Assembly (NCBI GenBank): GCA_964574035.1
Contig: CAZNLD010000001.1
Location: 16,220 to 80,219, forward strand
Length of the DNA stretch: 64,000 nt
Direction of reading: 5' to 3'
Source: Candidatus Undinarchaeota archaeon
GTDB taxonomy: Archaea > Undinarchaeota > Undinarchaeia > Undinarchaeales > JALTGF01
Made by a program: the position numbers and the translations under genes. Below, in pieces: positions 18,477 to 27,746 of this stretch. The number at the start of each line of letters is the position of its first letter. Position 1 is the stretch's first letter. The notes beneath the pieces were generated by a model. That model did no database searches. It saw nothing but the letters and a program-made list of their open reading frames with translations, and was not told the DNA's origin.

Positions 18477-18722
18477 ATGTATCCGGAAAACAAACTTACA
18501 AGATTTGAAAGAGCAAGAATTATTGGTGCAAGAGCTCTGCAGATTGCGATGGGCGCGCCGATATTAATAGACATTCCTGAAGAATTAGTTGACCCTACAG
18601 AAATTGCTGTTCTTGAATTTAAAGAAAGAAGTGTTCCAATGACAGTTGTTAGAAGAGCTAAAAACAAGCCGGCTATCACTATAGATATTAAAAATATAGA
18701 TCTTGAAAAAAAGAGATATTAA
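18477..18722 (+). CDS. rpoK: DNA-directed RNA polymerase subunit K (Rpb6/omega homologue).
   Basis: 81 aa. LTRFERARIIGARALQIAMGAP is the hallmark RpoK/RPB6 motif. Confidence 0.85.
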   Translation: MYPENKLTRFERARIIGARALQIAMGAPILIDIPEELVDPTEIAVLEFKERSVPMTVVRRAKNKPAITIDIKNIDLEKKRY

Positions 18723-19012
18723 AGTTTCAGCACCTGTGCATGCGGAACATCTTGTATTTTAACTATTGAATCTTTAAGAACTAATCCCAGTTCTACTGCC
18801 TTGTTTACTGTCTTTTTTCCTACCAAATTAGAAATTTGGGCCTTTTCAAGAAGCTCTCCAAATTTCTCCAGTTCAATTTTATCTCCGCCATAAAAAGACT
18901 CAGATACTTCTAATTTTAAATTCCCTTCAGAAAAGGTTTTTCCGAGCAGTTCTTCATCGCAGGCGGCTAAAATCTGATCTGCTCCTCCACCCTGAATTTT
19001 TACAGATATCAT
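18719..19012 (-). CDS. Conserved hypothetical protein downstream of aIF2-beta. The start is probably the internal ATG (MISVKIQ), which overlaps the eIF2-beta stop by 1 nt.
   Basis: About 97 aa from the internal Met. No recognised motif. Confidence 0.35.
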   Translation of the reverse strand: MISVKIQGGGADQILAACDEELLGKTFSEGNLKLEVSESFYGGDKIELEKFGELLEKAQISNLVGKKTVNKAVELGLVLKDSIVKIQDVPHAQVLKL

Positions 19013-19419
19013 TAAACTTCCCTTACCGTATATTTTGCACTGCAGGCCTTGCATTTAATCCGAGGAACTCCGCCTTCCTGTCTTATCTCTGTGTCAGGTT
19101 TTCCGCATTCCTTGCAGAATACAAATTTATTAATATAGTCTTTGAGTTTTGAATCTAAAATCCTCTTATTTTTTCTGCCTTTCAAAATAAGTCTGTGTCC
19201 GGACAGGTCGCCTGATGTTCCTGTTTCTCCTAAAATGAATTTCATTAAATGTTTAGGGTCCCGGTGAAGTTTTCTTGAAACCTCCAAAAAGTTTTTAATT
19301 ATTGTTTTAGGGCCCTGTGTAAAAGACTTGAATTTGGGAAAATTAAATCTCTCTTTTTCTTTCTCCTGTTTAGGTAGGTCACTTCTTCCTCTTTCCAAAA
19401 GCTTTTTGTAATCGTTCAT
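19012..19419 (-). CDS. eif2b: Translation initiation factor 2 beta subunit (aIF-2 beta).
   Basis: 135 aa. C-terminal zinc ribbon FVFCKECGKPDTEI...KCKACSAKYTV. Confidence 0.8.
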   Translation of the reverse strand: MNDYKKLLERGRSDLPKQEKEKERFNFPKFKSFTQGPKTIIKNFLEVSRKLHRDPKHLMKFILGETGTSGDLSGHRLILKGRKNKRILDSKLKDYINKFVFCKECGKPDTEIRQEGGVPRIKCKACSAKYTVREV

Positions 19420-20021
19420 TCTATTGGCTTTAAAACTCCTTTTTTGGGTTCAAAGAGCTCTCCTTTAAACATGAGCTCTCTTACTGTATCTATGACTTTC
19501 TTGTCTTCATATGTATTTAATTCTTTTAATAGCTTTTCAAGGCTTGCTCCTTCCTCTGAATCCATTTTCTTTATTTTTTTCATGACTAAATCAGAAATAT
19601 CCACATCAGGCTTGGACTCGCTTTCTTCGGCTCCTTTTAGTTCAAGATTTCTTAAAAGCTCCCAGTTTGGATTTTTTATTTCCTTTACAATTTTAGGATT
19701 TACATATAATTCTTTCCTATACATTCCTACATAACCGATTGAATCAATTATATCTCCTTTGTTTAGTTTTTTGAGCTTGGAAAGATCTTCTTTGAAAAAA
19801 GTAAGTCTTATTGTTTCTGTGGAATCATCAAGTACTGCAAAACCATAATTTTTCTCTTCTGAAATAAATTTATCAACAATAGTTCCCAGAATCCTTACTT
19901 TTGAAACTTTGCCCCTTTTAGTTTCAACAAAAGAAGTTTTACCTTCTTCTTTATACTCTCCATTAACTAAATCTTCCGCCGATACCTTAACAGCTGTTTT
20001 TAATCTTTTTTTGTCATTCAT
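19416..20021 (-). CDS. Hypothetical protein with a probable OB-fold (possible nucleic-acid binding).
   Basis: 201 aa. The segment KVRILGTIVDKF...GFAVLDDSTETIRLTFF resembles RPA/SSB-like OB folds. Confidence 0.3.
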   Translation of the reverse strand: MNDKKRLKTAVKVSAEDLVNGEYKEEGKTSFVETKRGKVSKVRILGTIVDKFISEEKNYGFAVLDDSTETIRLTFFKEDLSKLKKLNKGDIIDSIGYVGMYRKELYVNPKIVKEIKNPNWELLRNLELKGAEESESKPDVDISDLVMKKIKKMDSEEGASLEKLLKELNTYEDKKVIDTVRELMFKGELFEPKKGVLKPIE

Positions 20022-20022
20022 T

Positions 20023-20904
20023 TTATAGAATAAAATTTGAAATCAGGAAGAAAAGAACTGAAAAGCCCGCAATTGGAGGAAGAGCAGGTATTGCTTCAAA
20101 TTTTCCACTCATTAAAAGTGAGTGGACTAAAATAAGTCCAATGAATGCTCCTGAAATTACTGCAAAAGAATTAATTAAACCGGTTTGTATAACTGAAACT
20201 GCAAGAATTATTGGAAATGCCAGATCCCCTGTTCCAAGCATCAAAAATTTTCCCTCTCCGGGCTTTGTCTTCTTTATCTCTGCTTTTACATGCTTAATTT
20301 TTTCGGGAATAATTACAGTAAATGGGGCTCCTTTTTCGTACATTCCTTTGAACATTGAAACCATATGCTTTGTTTTAAAAACAGCTATAAAATCATATAT
20401 TGAGAGGACTGCGAGCAAAATTATTACTCCATAAATTGGCAGCTCGCTTCCTATCATTGCACTGATTCCTGCAATGGCGATCATCATAGCTAAATTCTGG
20501 GTCAATATGTTTGCTATTTTAAATCTTAATGCAACTAAAATAATTGCCAATACCATTGCAATTAAATCAGGAATAAATACAGAAAAAACAACCCAGCTTC
20601 CGTAAAAAACAAGAAATGCCATTAAACCTTTGAATATTGAACCTCCTTTTAAATATTTTAAACCGAAAATTATTAAGACCGTTGCTATTGAAAATGAAAC
20701 TAGAAAAGGCCATATATAATTAATTGTTTCAACTGCAGTTGTTGTCTGAGGAGCGATATATCCAAGAGAAGCCAGTTTTATCCCTACATAAAGACCTAAA
20801 AATTGAGTCAGAAGAAAAATTACAGACTCTGAAACGAATGCCCTCGGCCTAAAACCATGTCTACGCTTTTTGGATGAATCCCGGCTTCGGCTCAAACAAA
20901 TCAC
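20023..20904 (-). CDS. Presenilin / signal-peptide-peptidase-like intramembrane aspartyl protease (A22 family).
   Basis: Polytopic membrane protein carrying YD (LSIYDFIAV), GxGD (LGTGDLAFP) and PAL (IPALPP) motifs. The annotated start overlaps the mcm 3' end by about 44 nt, so the true start is uncertain. Confidence 0.7.
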   Translation of the reverse strand: MICLSRSRDSSKKRRHGFRPRAFVSESVIFLLTQFLGLYVGIKLASLGYIAPQTTTAVETINYIWPFLVSFSIATVLIIFGLKYLKGGSIFKGLMAFLVFYGSWVVFSVFIPDLIAMVLAIILVALRFKIANILTQNLAMMIAIAGISAMIGSELPIYGVIILLAVLSIYDFIAVFKTKHMVSMFKGMYEKGAPFTVIIPEKIKHVKAEIKKTKPGEGKFLMLGTGDLAFPIILAVSVIQTGLINSFAVISGAFIGLILVHSLLMSGKFEAIPALPPIAGFSVLFFLISNFIL

Positions 20905-22948
20905 CCTTTTTCTTCAGTTTTTTAATTAATTCCATTGCTGAATTGCTGTCTATTCCTTTGTCATCGGCTGCTTCAAGAATTTCTTTGATGTCTATGCTTT
21001 TATCTTCCTCTTCGGTTTCTTCTGCAAGATTATCGATAATATCAAGCATGGTGTAGATTTTTCCCCTCTGTGAAGAACTGATTCCAATATCAATCCTATC
21101 AATATCAATTTTGCCAGTTTCAGGCTCTTTGCCAAGGGATTTGAGAGCGTATTCTAATAAATGGATTGCTCTTCTTGCATCATCCGGCTCTACCATTTCA
21201 CTGAGTCTGACTCTGGCGGACGCCTCTGAAAGTCTGATAAGGGCTTCAAGTTGTCTTGGGGTTAAAGAAACAGTACTTTCAGCCTCATTTACATATTTTC
21301 CTCTCCAGGTAATGTAAAAATTCTTTATCAGGTCTTTTGCATCCTCGGTAAGTTTGGGACTGCAATGAGTTCTTGCATACGCTACGTATTTTCTGATAAG
21401 CTCTGCATCAACTTCCGGTTCAATCGTTTTTGGCTTGGTTAATGAATTCAGAACATGGCCAGCCAGCTCCGTATCCCTGTCAACATTGGGAATATCTCTG
21501 ATTGGGAACTTCAAATCAAATCTGCTTAAAACGACAGGGCCGATGTCTATCTGGTCTGCAAGAGGTTTATACTGATCGAATCTTCCGTATTTTGGGTTTG
21601 CAGCTGCAAGAACGGCAGCATTTGCTCTAAGAGTAGTTACGATTCCTGCCTTTGCCACAGAAACAGTTCCCTGCTCCATTGCCTCCAGCATTGCAGAAAC
21701 ATCTTCATCTCTCATTTTGTCAAATTCGTCTACTGTTGCAATACCATTATTTGCAAGAACCATTGCTCCTGCTTCCAAAGTCCAGCCAGAGAATTCATCT
21801 CTGACTACGGCAGCTGTTAAACCAGCACCAGATGCTTTTTTACCTGAAACAAATCTTCCTTTTGGCGAAAGGTCTGAAACATATCTCAACAATTGTGATT
21901 TTCCAACAGCAGGATCTCCAATTAAAAATAGATGAATATTTCCTCTGATTCTGGTTCCATCCGGCTGTGTTTTTGAAACTCCTCCAAAAAGCTGGAGAAG
22001 TATTGCCTCTTTAATTTCCTCGTATCCGTAAATGGACGGAGCCATACTTTTTATGAGAGTTTCATAAACTTTTTCATTGCTTGCGAGTTCCTTAATTTTA
22101 GCTATGTCTTCCTCTTCAAGTTCAATTTCTTCAAATTCTCTCTGGATAGTTTCAATGTAATTGGCATAAACGTATAAATCATATCTTGTTGACCTGCTTC
22201 CTCTCCTTGAAGTATTAGGCATTTTTTTCAGAATACCGACTGCATTAATTCTATTACCAGGCATCACTTTTTTTCTTTCATGAGGAGAGGTTAAATCGTT
22301 CGAAAGGACAATATATAGTTCAGAGGGTTGCTCCCCTCCTACGATTGTTTCAGGAGGCTCCTGAATTTTTATTCTTTGAATGTCGACAAGTTCCACATCA
22401 ATCTCTTTGAAGTGCCCTCTTGCACCGCAGGTTGGGTCGTCGCACATTCTTGGTTTTCTGATTTTCTTTTTGTCCTGAATCATTACTATATTTTTACCGC
22501 ATTCCGGACATTGATAAGTTATTTTTGTTGCTTCCGGTCTTACTTCTGAAGCACTTTTTACAATCCCGTCAATTGTTATTAACTGTTCAAGATCTTCTGA
22601 ACGAATATCTCTTATATTGACTACTTGAGATTCAGGAAGATTAAAAAATCGAACATTAATTGAATAATCGCCGTCTATTGATAATTCTATTTCTTCTAAG
22701 GAATCCTCTGCTGCTTTAATCACTTCTTCAGGGTTGGATATCAGCTGGTCGGCAACCCTTGGATCGAATTTATCTAACTCATTAAAGTCAACATCAATAG
22801 ACTGCCTATCAGGGTAATTGCCTGCAAGCTCCAAAAGTTCATCCATATAATTTTCTCTGAAAAAAGTTTCAAATTTTTCCAATAAATCGAACTCAGTGCT
22901 TTCTACAAAAGTTTGTTTTGAGAGAGTGCTCCCTCTTTCTGATGCCAT
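20861..22948 (-). CDS. mcm: MCM replicative helicase.
   Basis: 695 aa. IYGYEEIKEAILLQLFGG. Walker A GDPAVGKSQLL. Zinc finger CPECG...C. Arginine finger region. Confidence 0.9.
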   Translation of the reverse strand: MASERGSTLSKQTFVESTEFDLLEKFETFFRENYMDELLELAGNYPDRQSIDVDFNELDKFDPRVADQLISNPEEVIKAAEDSLEEIELSIDGDYSINVRFFNLPESQVVNIRDIRSEDLEQLITIDGIVKSASEVRPEATKITYQCPECGKNIVMIQDKKKIRKPRMCDDPTCGARGHFKEIDVELVDIQRIKIQEPPETIVGGEQPSELYIVLSNDLTSPHERKKVMPGNRINAVGILKKMPNTSRRGSRSTRYDLYVYANYIETIQREFEEIELEEEDIAKIKELASNEKVYETLIKSMAPSIYGYEEIKEAILLQLFGGVSKTQPDGTRIRGNIHLFLIGDPAVGKSQLLRYVSDLSPKGRFVSGKKASGAGLTAAVVRDEFSGWTLEAGAMVLANNGIATVDEFDKMRDEDVSAMLEAMEQGTVSVAKAGIVTTLRANAAVLAAANPKYGRFDQYKPLADQIDIGPVVLSRFDLKFPIRDIPNVDRDTELAGHVLNSLTKPKTIEPEVDAELIRKYVAYARTHCSPKLTEDAKDLIKNFYITWRGKYVNEAESTVSLTPRQLEALIRLSEASARVRLSEMVEPDDARRAIHLLEYALKSLGKEPETGKIDIDRIDIGISSSQRGKIYTMLDIIDNLAEETEEEDKSIDIKEILEAADDKGIDSNSAMELIKKLKKKGDLFEPKPGFIQKA

Positions 22949-23041
22949 TTTTATTTTAAAAATATGGAAGCAGGTTCCCTTTCGGAAACCCCTCCACCTC
23001 CTGTTTGTTCTGTTAAGATATAGGTTGTATTTAACAGTTAT

Positions 23042-23059
23042 TTAACTTTCGGCAGTTAA
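23042..23059 (-). terminator. Perfect 6-bp stem / 6-nt loop hairpin (TTAACT ttcggc AGTTAA) overlapping the tbp stop codon.
   Basis: Inverted repeat read directly from the sequence. Its function as a terminator is not established. Confidence 0.2.
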
Positions 23060-23619
23060 ATTGCTTTTGCCTTCTTAAGTTCCTTTACAAGACGTTCAAC
23101 GCCCCGCTTTACGTCAACCTTTTTCTTTGCACCGGTGCAAACGATTTTTCCGGACCTGAACAACAGAAATACGACCTTCGGATCAAATATTCTGAAAACA
23201 AGTCCCGGGAACTGCTCCGGTTCAAACTCCGCGTTGTCAAGTGAAAATGCAATCTCGTCCAGATTTAGTTCGACTCCTAAATCGGATGATGCTACAATAT
23301 TTTGAACAGTTATTGTTGCTTTTCCCTTGACTTTTAAACCAACGCTTCTAATCTGTTTTACGGTTTTTTCAATTGCCTTTTTGATTAACTTTGGTTCTTT
23401 AGTTCCCGTGCAAACCATCTTGCCGGATGTGAAAACAAGAATTGCTGATTTTGGTTCGTCTAATCTGAGAACCAAACCAGGGAACTGCTCTGGTTCATAC
23501 TCTGCATTTGGAAGAGCTGAAGCGAGCCTGTCAAGGTCAATCTCAGCGTCAATTGAAGCAGAAGCCACTACGTTTTCAATTTTAATACGTGGTGTCTTTG
23601 CTTTTGATTTTTTTGCCAT
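23056..23619 (-). CDS. tbp: TATA-box binding protein.
   Basis: 187 aa. Two imperfect direct repeats (ENVVASASIDAEIDLDRLA / QNIVASSDLGVELNLDEIA, each followed by EQFPGLV). Confidence 0.9.
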   Translation of the reverse strand: MAKKSKAKTPRIKIENVVASASIDAEIDLDRLASALPNAEYEPEQFPGLVLRLDEPKSAILVFTSGKMVCTGTKEPKLIKKAIEKTVKQIRSVGLKVKGKATITVQNIVASSDLGVELNLDEIAFSLDNAEFEPEQFPGLVFRIFDPKVVFLLFRSGKIVCTGAKKKVDVKRGVERLVKELKKAKAI

Positions 23620-23689
23620 TCTATATTACCTCCTTGAGTAGAATTTTTTAGGGTTTAAATATATATTTAAAGGAGTATTTAAATGCTGG

Positions 23690-23842
23690 GTTTATAAAGG
23701 GAAAAGGGTGTTCGATGTTAAGATGTTCGATAAGTGATAGTAGATTATGCATAGTCGGCAGCTGCTGGTAGGTATTTATCAATTCTTACAGTTTGTCTAA
23801 CTGTCGATTGTCTATTGTCTAATATCAATTGTCCATTATCGA
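23690..23842. repeat. Copy A of the dispersed intergenic repeat. It has an imperfect palindromic core CGGCAGCTGCTGGTAG (23756-23771) flanked by degenerate heptamer arrays (GATNNNN on the left; ATTGTCT-type on the right).
   Basis: Direct sequence comparison with the copies at 30466-30565 and 56296-56400. Confidence 0.6.
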
Positions 23843-25093
23843 TTACGTTCCTTCTTCCCAGCTTGACAGATATTTCTTCTGCTCTTTAGAAAGTTCGTCA
23901 ATTTCCATTCCCATCGTTTTCAGCTTCATTTCCGCTATTCTTTCGTCAATTTTTCTTGGTACTGAATAAACTCTGGGCTCCATATCAGAATGGTTGTTTA
24001 AAATATATTCAGCCATTAAAGATTGATTCGCAAAACTCATATCCATTACTTCGCACGGATGCCCTTCCGCAGCCGCCAAATTTACAAGTCTTCCTTCAGC
24101 CAGCAGATAAATTTTCCTGCCGTCCTTTAAAGTATATTCCTTCGTATTATTTCTGATTTCTCTTGAATTTTTGCTTAATTTTTCAAGCTCAGGGATATTA
24201 ATTTCATTATTGAAATGACCTGAATTTGCCAGAACTGCACCATCCTTCATCTTTTTAAAATGCTCTTTTGTAATTATGTTCTTATCTCCAGTTGCTGTAA
24301 CAAATATATCTCCGATTTTGGATGCTTCAGACATTTTCATTACTGTGAAGCCGTCCATTGCCGCTTCAAGTGCTTTTACAGGGTCAACCTCAGTCACAAA
24401 TACTCTGGCACCCATTCCTTTTGCTCTCATGGCAATTCCCCTGGAACACCAGCCATAGCCTGCAACAACAAAATTACTTCCTGCAATCATTACAGAAGTT
24501 GCCCTTAGAATTCCATCAATTGTGGACTGCCCAGTTCCGTATCTGTTGTCAAACAAATGCTTTGTCATTGCATCATTTACTGCAACAACCGGGAACTTCA
24601 GAACATTGTCCTTTTCCATTGCTCTAAACCGAATTACTCCGGTTGTGGTTTCTTCAGTTCCTCCCAAAACATTTGGAATTAAATCTTCCCTTTTTGAGTG
24701 TAAGGTGGCAATTAAATCTCCACCGTCGTCCATTGTTATTTTTGGTTTGCCGTCTAAAACCTTATTTACACACCAATAATATTCTTCTTCAGAAACGCCT
24801 CTCCAGGCAAAAACATTTATTCCATCTTTGGCGAGCTGCGCAGCTACATCATCCTGCGTACTTAATGGATTTGAACCGCATAAATAGACATCCGCTCCTC
24901 CTGCTTTTAGAGTTCTCATTAAAATTCCGGTTTCTTTTGTTACATGCAGGCAGGCGCCAAGTGAACTTCCTTCAAGCGGCTTCTCTTTCTTAAATCTCTT
25001 TCTTATTTCCTGAAGAACCGGCATGTGATCTTCAGCCCAGTCAAGTTTTAATTTTCCTTTTTCAGCTAAATTTTTGTCTTTTACTTTACTCAT
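23843..25093 (-). CDS. ahcY: Adenosylhomocysteinase (SAH hydrolase).
   Basis: 416 aa. NAD-binding [15 protein letters not shown]-type fold throughout. Confidence 0.85.
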   Translation of the reverse strand: MSKVKDKNLAEKGKLKLDWAEDHMPVLQEIRKRFKKEKPLEGSSLGACLHVTKETGILMRTLKAGGADVYLCGSNPLSTQDDVAAQLAKDGINVFAWRGVSEEEYYWCVNKVLDGKPKITMDDGGDLIATLHSKREDLIPNVLGGTEETTTGVIRFRAMEKDNVLKFPVVAVNDAMTKHLFDNRYGTGQSTIDGILRATSVMIAGSNFVVAGYGWCSRGIAMRAKGMGARVFVTEVDPVKALEAAMDGFTVMKMSEASKIGDIFVTATGDKNIITKEHFKKMKDGAVLANSGHFNNEINIPELEKLSKNSREIRNNTKEYTLKDGRKIYLLAEGRLVNLAAAEGHPCEVMDMSFANQSLMAEYILNNHSDMEPRVYSVPRKIDERIAEMKLKTMGMEIDELSKEQKKYLSSWEEGT

Positions 25094-25622
25094 TTTTATC
25101 GTATTTTACAAGTGAATAAACACCATAGTCGCTTATTTTTTCCCTTCCGTTTAAATCTGAAAGTTCAACTACGAATGCAATTCCCTGTACTTTACCTCCT
25201 GCTTTTTCTACTAATTTTGCTGCAGCTTCCATTGTTCCGCCAGTTGCCAAAAGGTCGTCAACCAGCAAAATATTTTGGCCTGCAACAAATGCATCTTTAT
25301 GAACTTCTAAAGCATCTACGCCGTATTCAAGCTCATATTCTTCTTTGAAAACATCAAAGGGGAGTTTTCCCGGTTTTCTGGCAATTGCAAATTCTTTTCC
25401 CATTGCATAAGCCAGAGCTGCTCCGAAAATGAATCCTCTGCTTTCTATTCCAAGAATTACATCAATATCTTTTTCTTTATAATGGTCCGCCCAGTGGTCA
25501 ATTACAAACTGAAAAGAAGCAGGGTCCTGAATTAAAGTAGTAATGTCTCTGAAAATAATTCCTTTCTTTGGAAAATCAGGTATGTTTCTGATTTTTTCTT
25601 TTAAATTTTCTATTGAGTCCAT
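25086..25622 (-). CDS. apt: Adenine phosphoribosyltransferase.
   Basis: 178 aa. PRTase motif [13 protein letters not shown]. Confidence 0.8.
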   Translation of the reverse strand: MDSIENLKEKIRNIPDFPKKGIIFRDITTLIQDPASFQFVIDHWADHYKEKDIDVILGIESRGFIFGAALAYAMGKEFAIARKPGKLPFDVFKEEYELEYGVDALEVHKDAFVAGQNILLVDDLLATGGTMEAAAKLVEKAGGKVQGIAFVVELSDLNGREKISDYGVYSLVKYDKNE

Positions 25623-25686
25623 TCTCCAATTGATTAACTAAATACGACATCTTTTATATATTTAGGTGTTAATTAGTATTAGGAAA

Positions 25687-26478
25687 ATGGTAAAAGCAAA
25701 AATAGGTATTATTGGAGGGACTGGGGTTTATGACTCCAAAATGCTGAAAAATTCAAAAGAACTTGAGATGAAAACTCCTTATGGAGATCCTTCGGATAAA
25801 ATTACAGTCGGGAAATTTGAAGACACAGAGATTGCATTTCTTCCAAGACATGGAAAAGACCATACCATTCCACCTCACAAGATAAACGGCAGGGCAAACA
25901 TTTATGCTTTGAAAGAGCTTGGAGTTGAAAGAATTCTGGCTCCGCAGGCAGTCGGCTCCTTAAGAGAAGAAATGAAACCGGGCGATATTGTTTTTCCAGA
26001 CCAGTTTATTAACAGAACCTGGGAGAGACTTGAAACATTTTATGATGAAGATCAGGTATGCCATATATCAATGGCGGACCCTTTTTGTATTGAATTGAAA
26101 GAAAAATTAATTAAAAATTCCAAAGGTAAGGATTTTGACTTTCATGAGGGAGGAACATATGTATGCATTCAGGGACCGAGATTTTCAACTCGGGCTGAAT
26201 CAAACATGTATCGGCAGTGGGGCGCAGACATAATTGGAATGACTTTGGTTCCCGAAGTTGTTTTAGCAAGAGAAGCAGAAATCTGCTATTCTTCGATTGC
26301 AACTATTACGGATTATGACTGCTGGAAGGAAACTGCTGTTTCTTTGGATGACGTGGTTAAGACAATGAAGAAAAATCAGGAAAAGGTTAAGGACATTTTA
26401 AAAACAGTTGTTCCTGAAATACCAGAAGAGAGAGGAAACTGCGAATGCGGAAATGCGCTGAAAGGCGCACTAATCTAA
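25687..26478 (+). CDS. mtnP: 5'-methylthioadenosine / purine nucleoside phosphorylase.
   Basis: PNP/MTAP family (KIGIIGGTG...). The start is chosen at the internal Met MVKAKIGIIGG. Confidence 0.75.
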   Translation: MVKAKIGIIGGTGVYDSKMLKNSKELEMKTPYGDPSDKITVGKFEDTEIAFLPRHGKDHTIPPHKINGRANIYALKELGVERILAPQAVGSLREEMKPGDIVFPDQFINRTWERLETFYDEDQVCHISMADPFCIELKEKLIKNSKGKDFDFHEGGTYVCIQGPRFSTRAESNMYRQWGADIIGMTLVPEVVLAREAEICYSSIATITDYDCWKETAVSLDDVVKTMKKNQEKVKDILKTVVPEIPEERGNCECGNALKGALI

Positions 26479-26482
26479 CTAA

Positions 26483-27745
26483 ATGAAAGTTTATATTGAA
26501 ACATACGGCTGTTCAGCTAATTTTTCTGACTCTGAAATAATGTCAGGTCTTTTAAAAGAAGCAGGGCATGAACTTGTTGATTCTGAAAAGAAAGCAGATG
26601 CGGTAATTCTTAATTCCTGTTATGTTAAAGATCCAACAGAAAGAAAAATGAAAAAGAGGATTAAAAAATTAAAGAATAAAAAGCTGATTGTTGCCGGCTG
26701 TTTTCCTGAATCAGACAGAGCTGGAATAGAAGAAATTGCTCCTTCTGCTTCTTTAATTGGGCCAAGAAATATACAGAACATTGTTGAAGTTGTTGAATCA
26801 GATGAAAAAATAGTTGAACTTGGAGGACCGGGCGTAGAAAAATCTAAGCTTCCTAAAAAGAGAAAAAATCCAGTAGTAAATATTGTTCAGATAAATGAGG
26901 GCTGTTTATGTGAATGCTCCTTTTGCATAACAAAACATTCCAGAGGAAGACTGCAGAGCTATTCAATTGGAGCAATTATAAATGATGTAAAAAAATCGCT
27001 GGAAGAGGGATGCAAAGAAATATGGCTAACTTCTCAAGATACTGGAGCATACGGGCTGGACTTTAACAGAAATCTGGCTGAGCTCCTGAATAAAGTTTCA
27101 GAAATTAAGGGAGATTTCAAAACTAGAATTGGAATGATGAATCCAATACACGCCATAAGAATTCTACCTGAATTAATTGCTTCTTACAAAAGTGAAAAGA
27201 TATTCAAGTTTCTGCATTTGCCAATTCAATCCGGCTCTGACAGAATTTTAGATAAAATGAAAAGAGGAAACTCTGTTCAGGAATTTGAAACGATTATTGA
27301 AAAGTTCAGAGAAGCATTCCCAAAGCTTGCATTAAGTACAGATGTAATTGTTGGTTTTCCTTCTGAAACTGAATCTGATTTTCAGAAAACTCTTGACTTA
27401 ATTGAAAGGATTAAACCAGATATTGTAAATATTTCAAGATACGGCGCCAGACCAGGAACTGAAGCCGCTGAATTTGAACAAATTTCCGGCTGGAAGAAAA
27501 AAGAGAGGAGCAGGAAGTTGACTAAACTTGTTAAAAAAGTCGGGCTTGAGAAAAATAAAGAATGGCTGGACTGGACCGGAGAAATTTTGATAGATAAAAA
27601 AGGAAAACCCGGAAGCTGGATTGGAAGAAATTTTGCATACAAACCAATTGTTGTTAGGAGTAAAGAAAATCTTCTTGGAAAGAGGCTGAAAATTAAGATA
27701 ATAAAAGCTAAACCAACTTATTTGATTTCAGAAATCCAGGACTAA
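26483..27745 (+). CDS. mtaB: Radical-SAM methylthiotransferase (MiaB/MtaB family; archaeal tRNA t6A37 MTTase-like).
   Basis: 420 aa. N-terminal MTTase domain (YIETYGCSAN). Radical-SAM Cys cluster CxxxCxxC (CECSFC). TRAM-like C-terminus. Confidence 0.75.
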   Translation: MKVYIETYGCSANFSDSEIMSGLLKEAGHELVDSEKKADAVILNSCYVKDPTERKMKKRIKKLKNKKLIVAGCFPESDRAGIEEIAPSASLIGPRNIQNIVEVVESDEKIVELGGPGVEKSKLPKKRKNPVVNIVQINEGCLCECSFCITKHSRGRLQSYSIGAIINDVKKSLEEGCKEIWLTSQDTGAYGLDFNRNLAELLNKVSEIKGDFKTRIGMMNPIHAIRILPELIASYKSEKIFKFLHLPIQSGSDRILDKMKRGNSVQEFETIIEKFREAFPKLALSTDVIVGFPSETESDFQKTLDLIERIKPDIVNISRYGARPGTEAAEFEQISGWKKKERSRKLTKLVKKVGLEKNKEWLDWTGEILIDKKGKPGSWIGRNFAYKPIVVRSKENLLGKRLKIKIIKAKPTYLISEIQD

Positions 27746-27746
27746 A

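Noticed and set aside
23956-24993. Series of 60-116-aa plus-strand ORFs (23956, 24260, 24276, 24358, 24522, 24643)
   Set aside because: All are antisense to the adenosylhomocysteinase gene and have Cys/His/Leu-rich nonsense translations. They are spurious.
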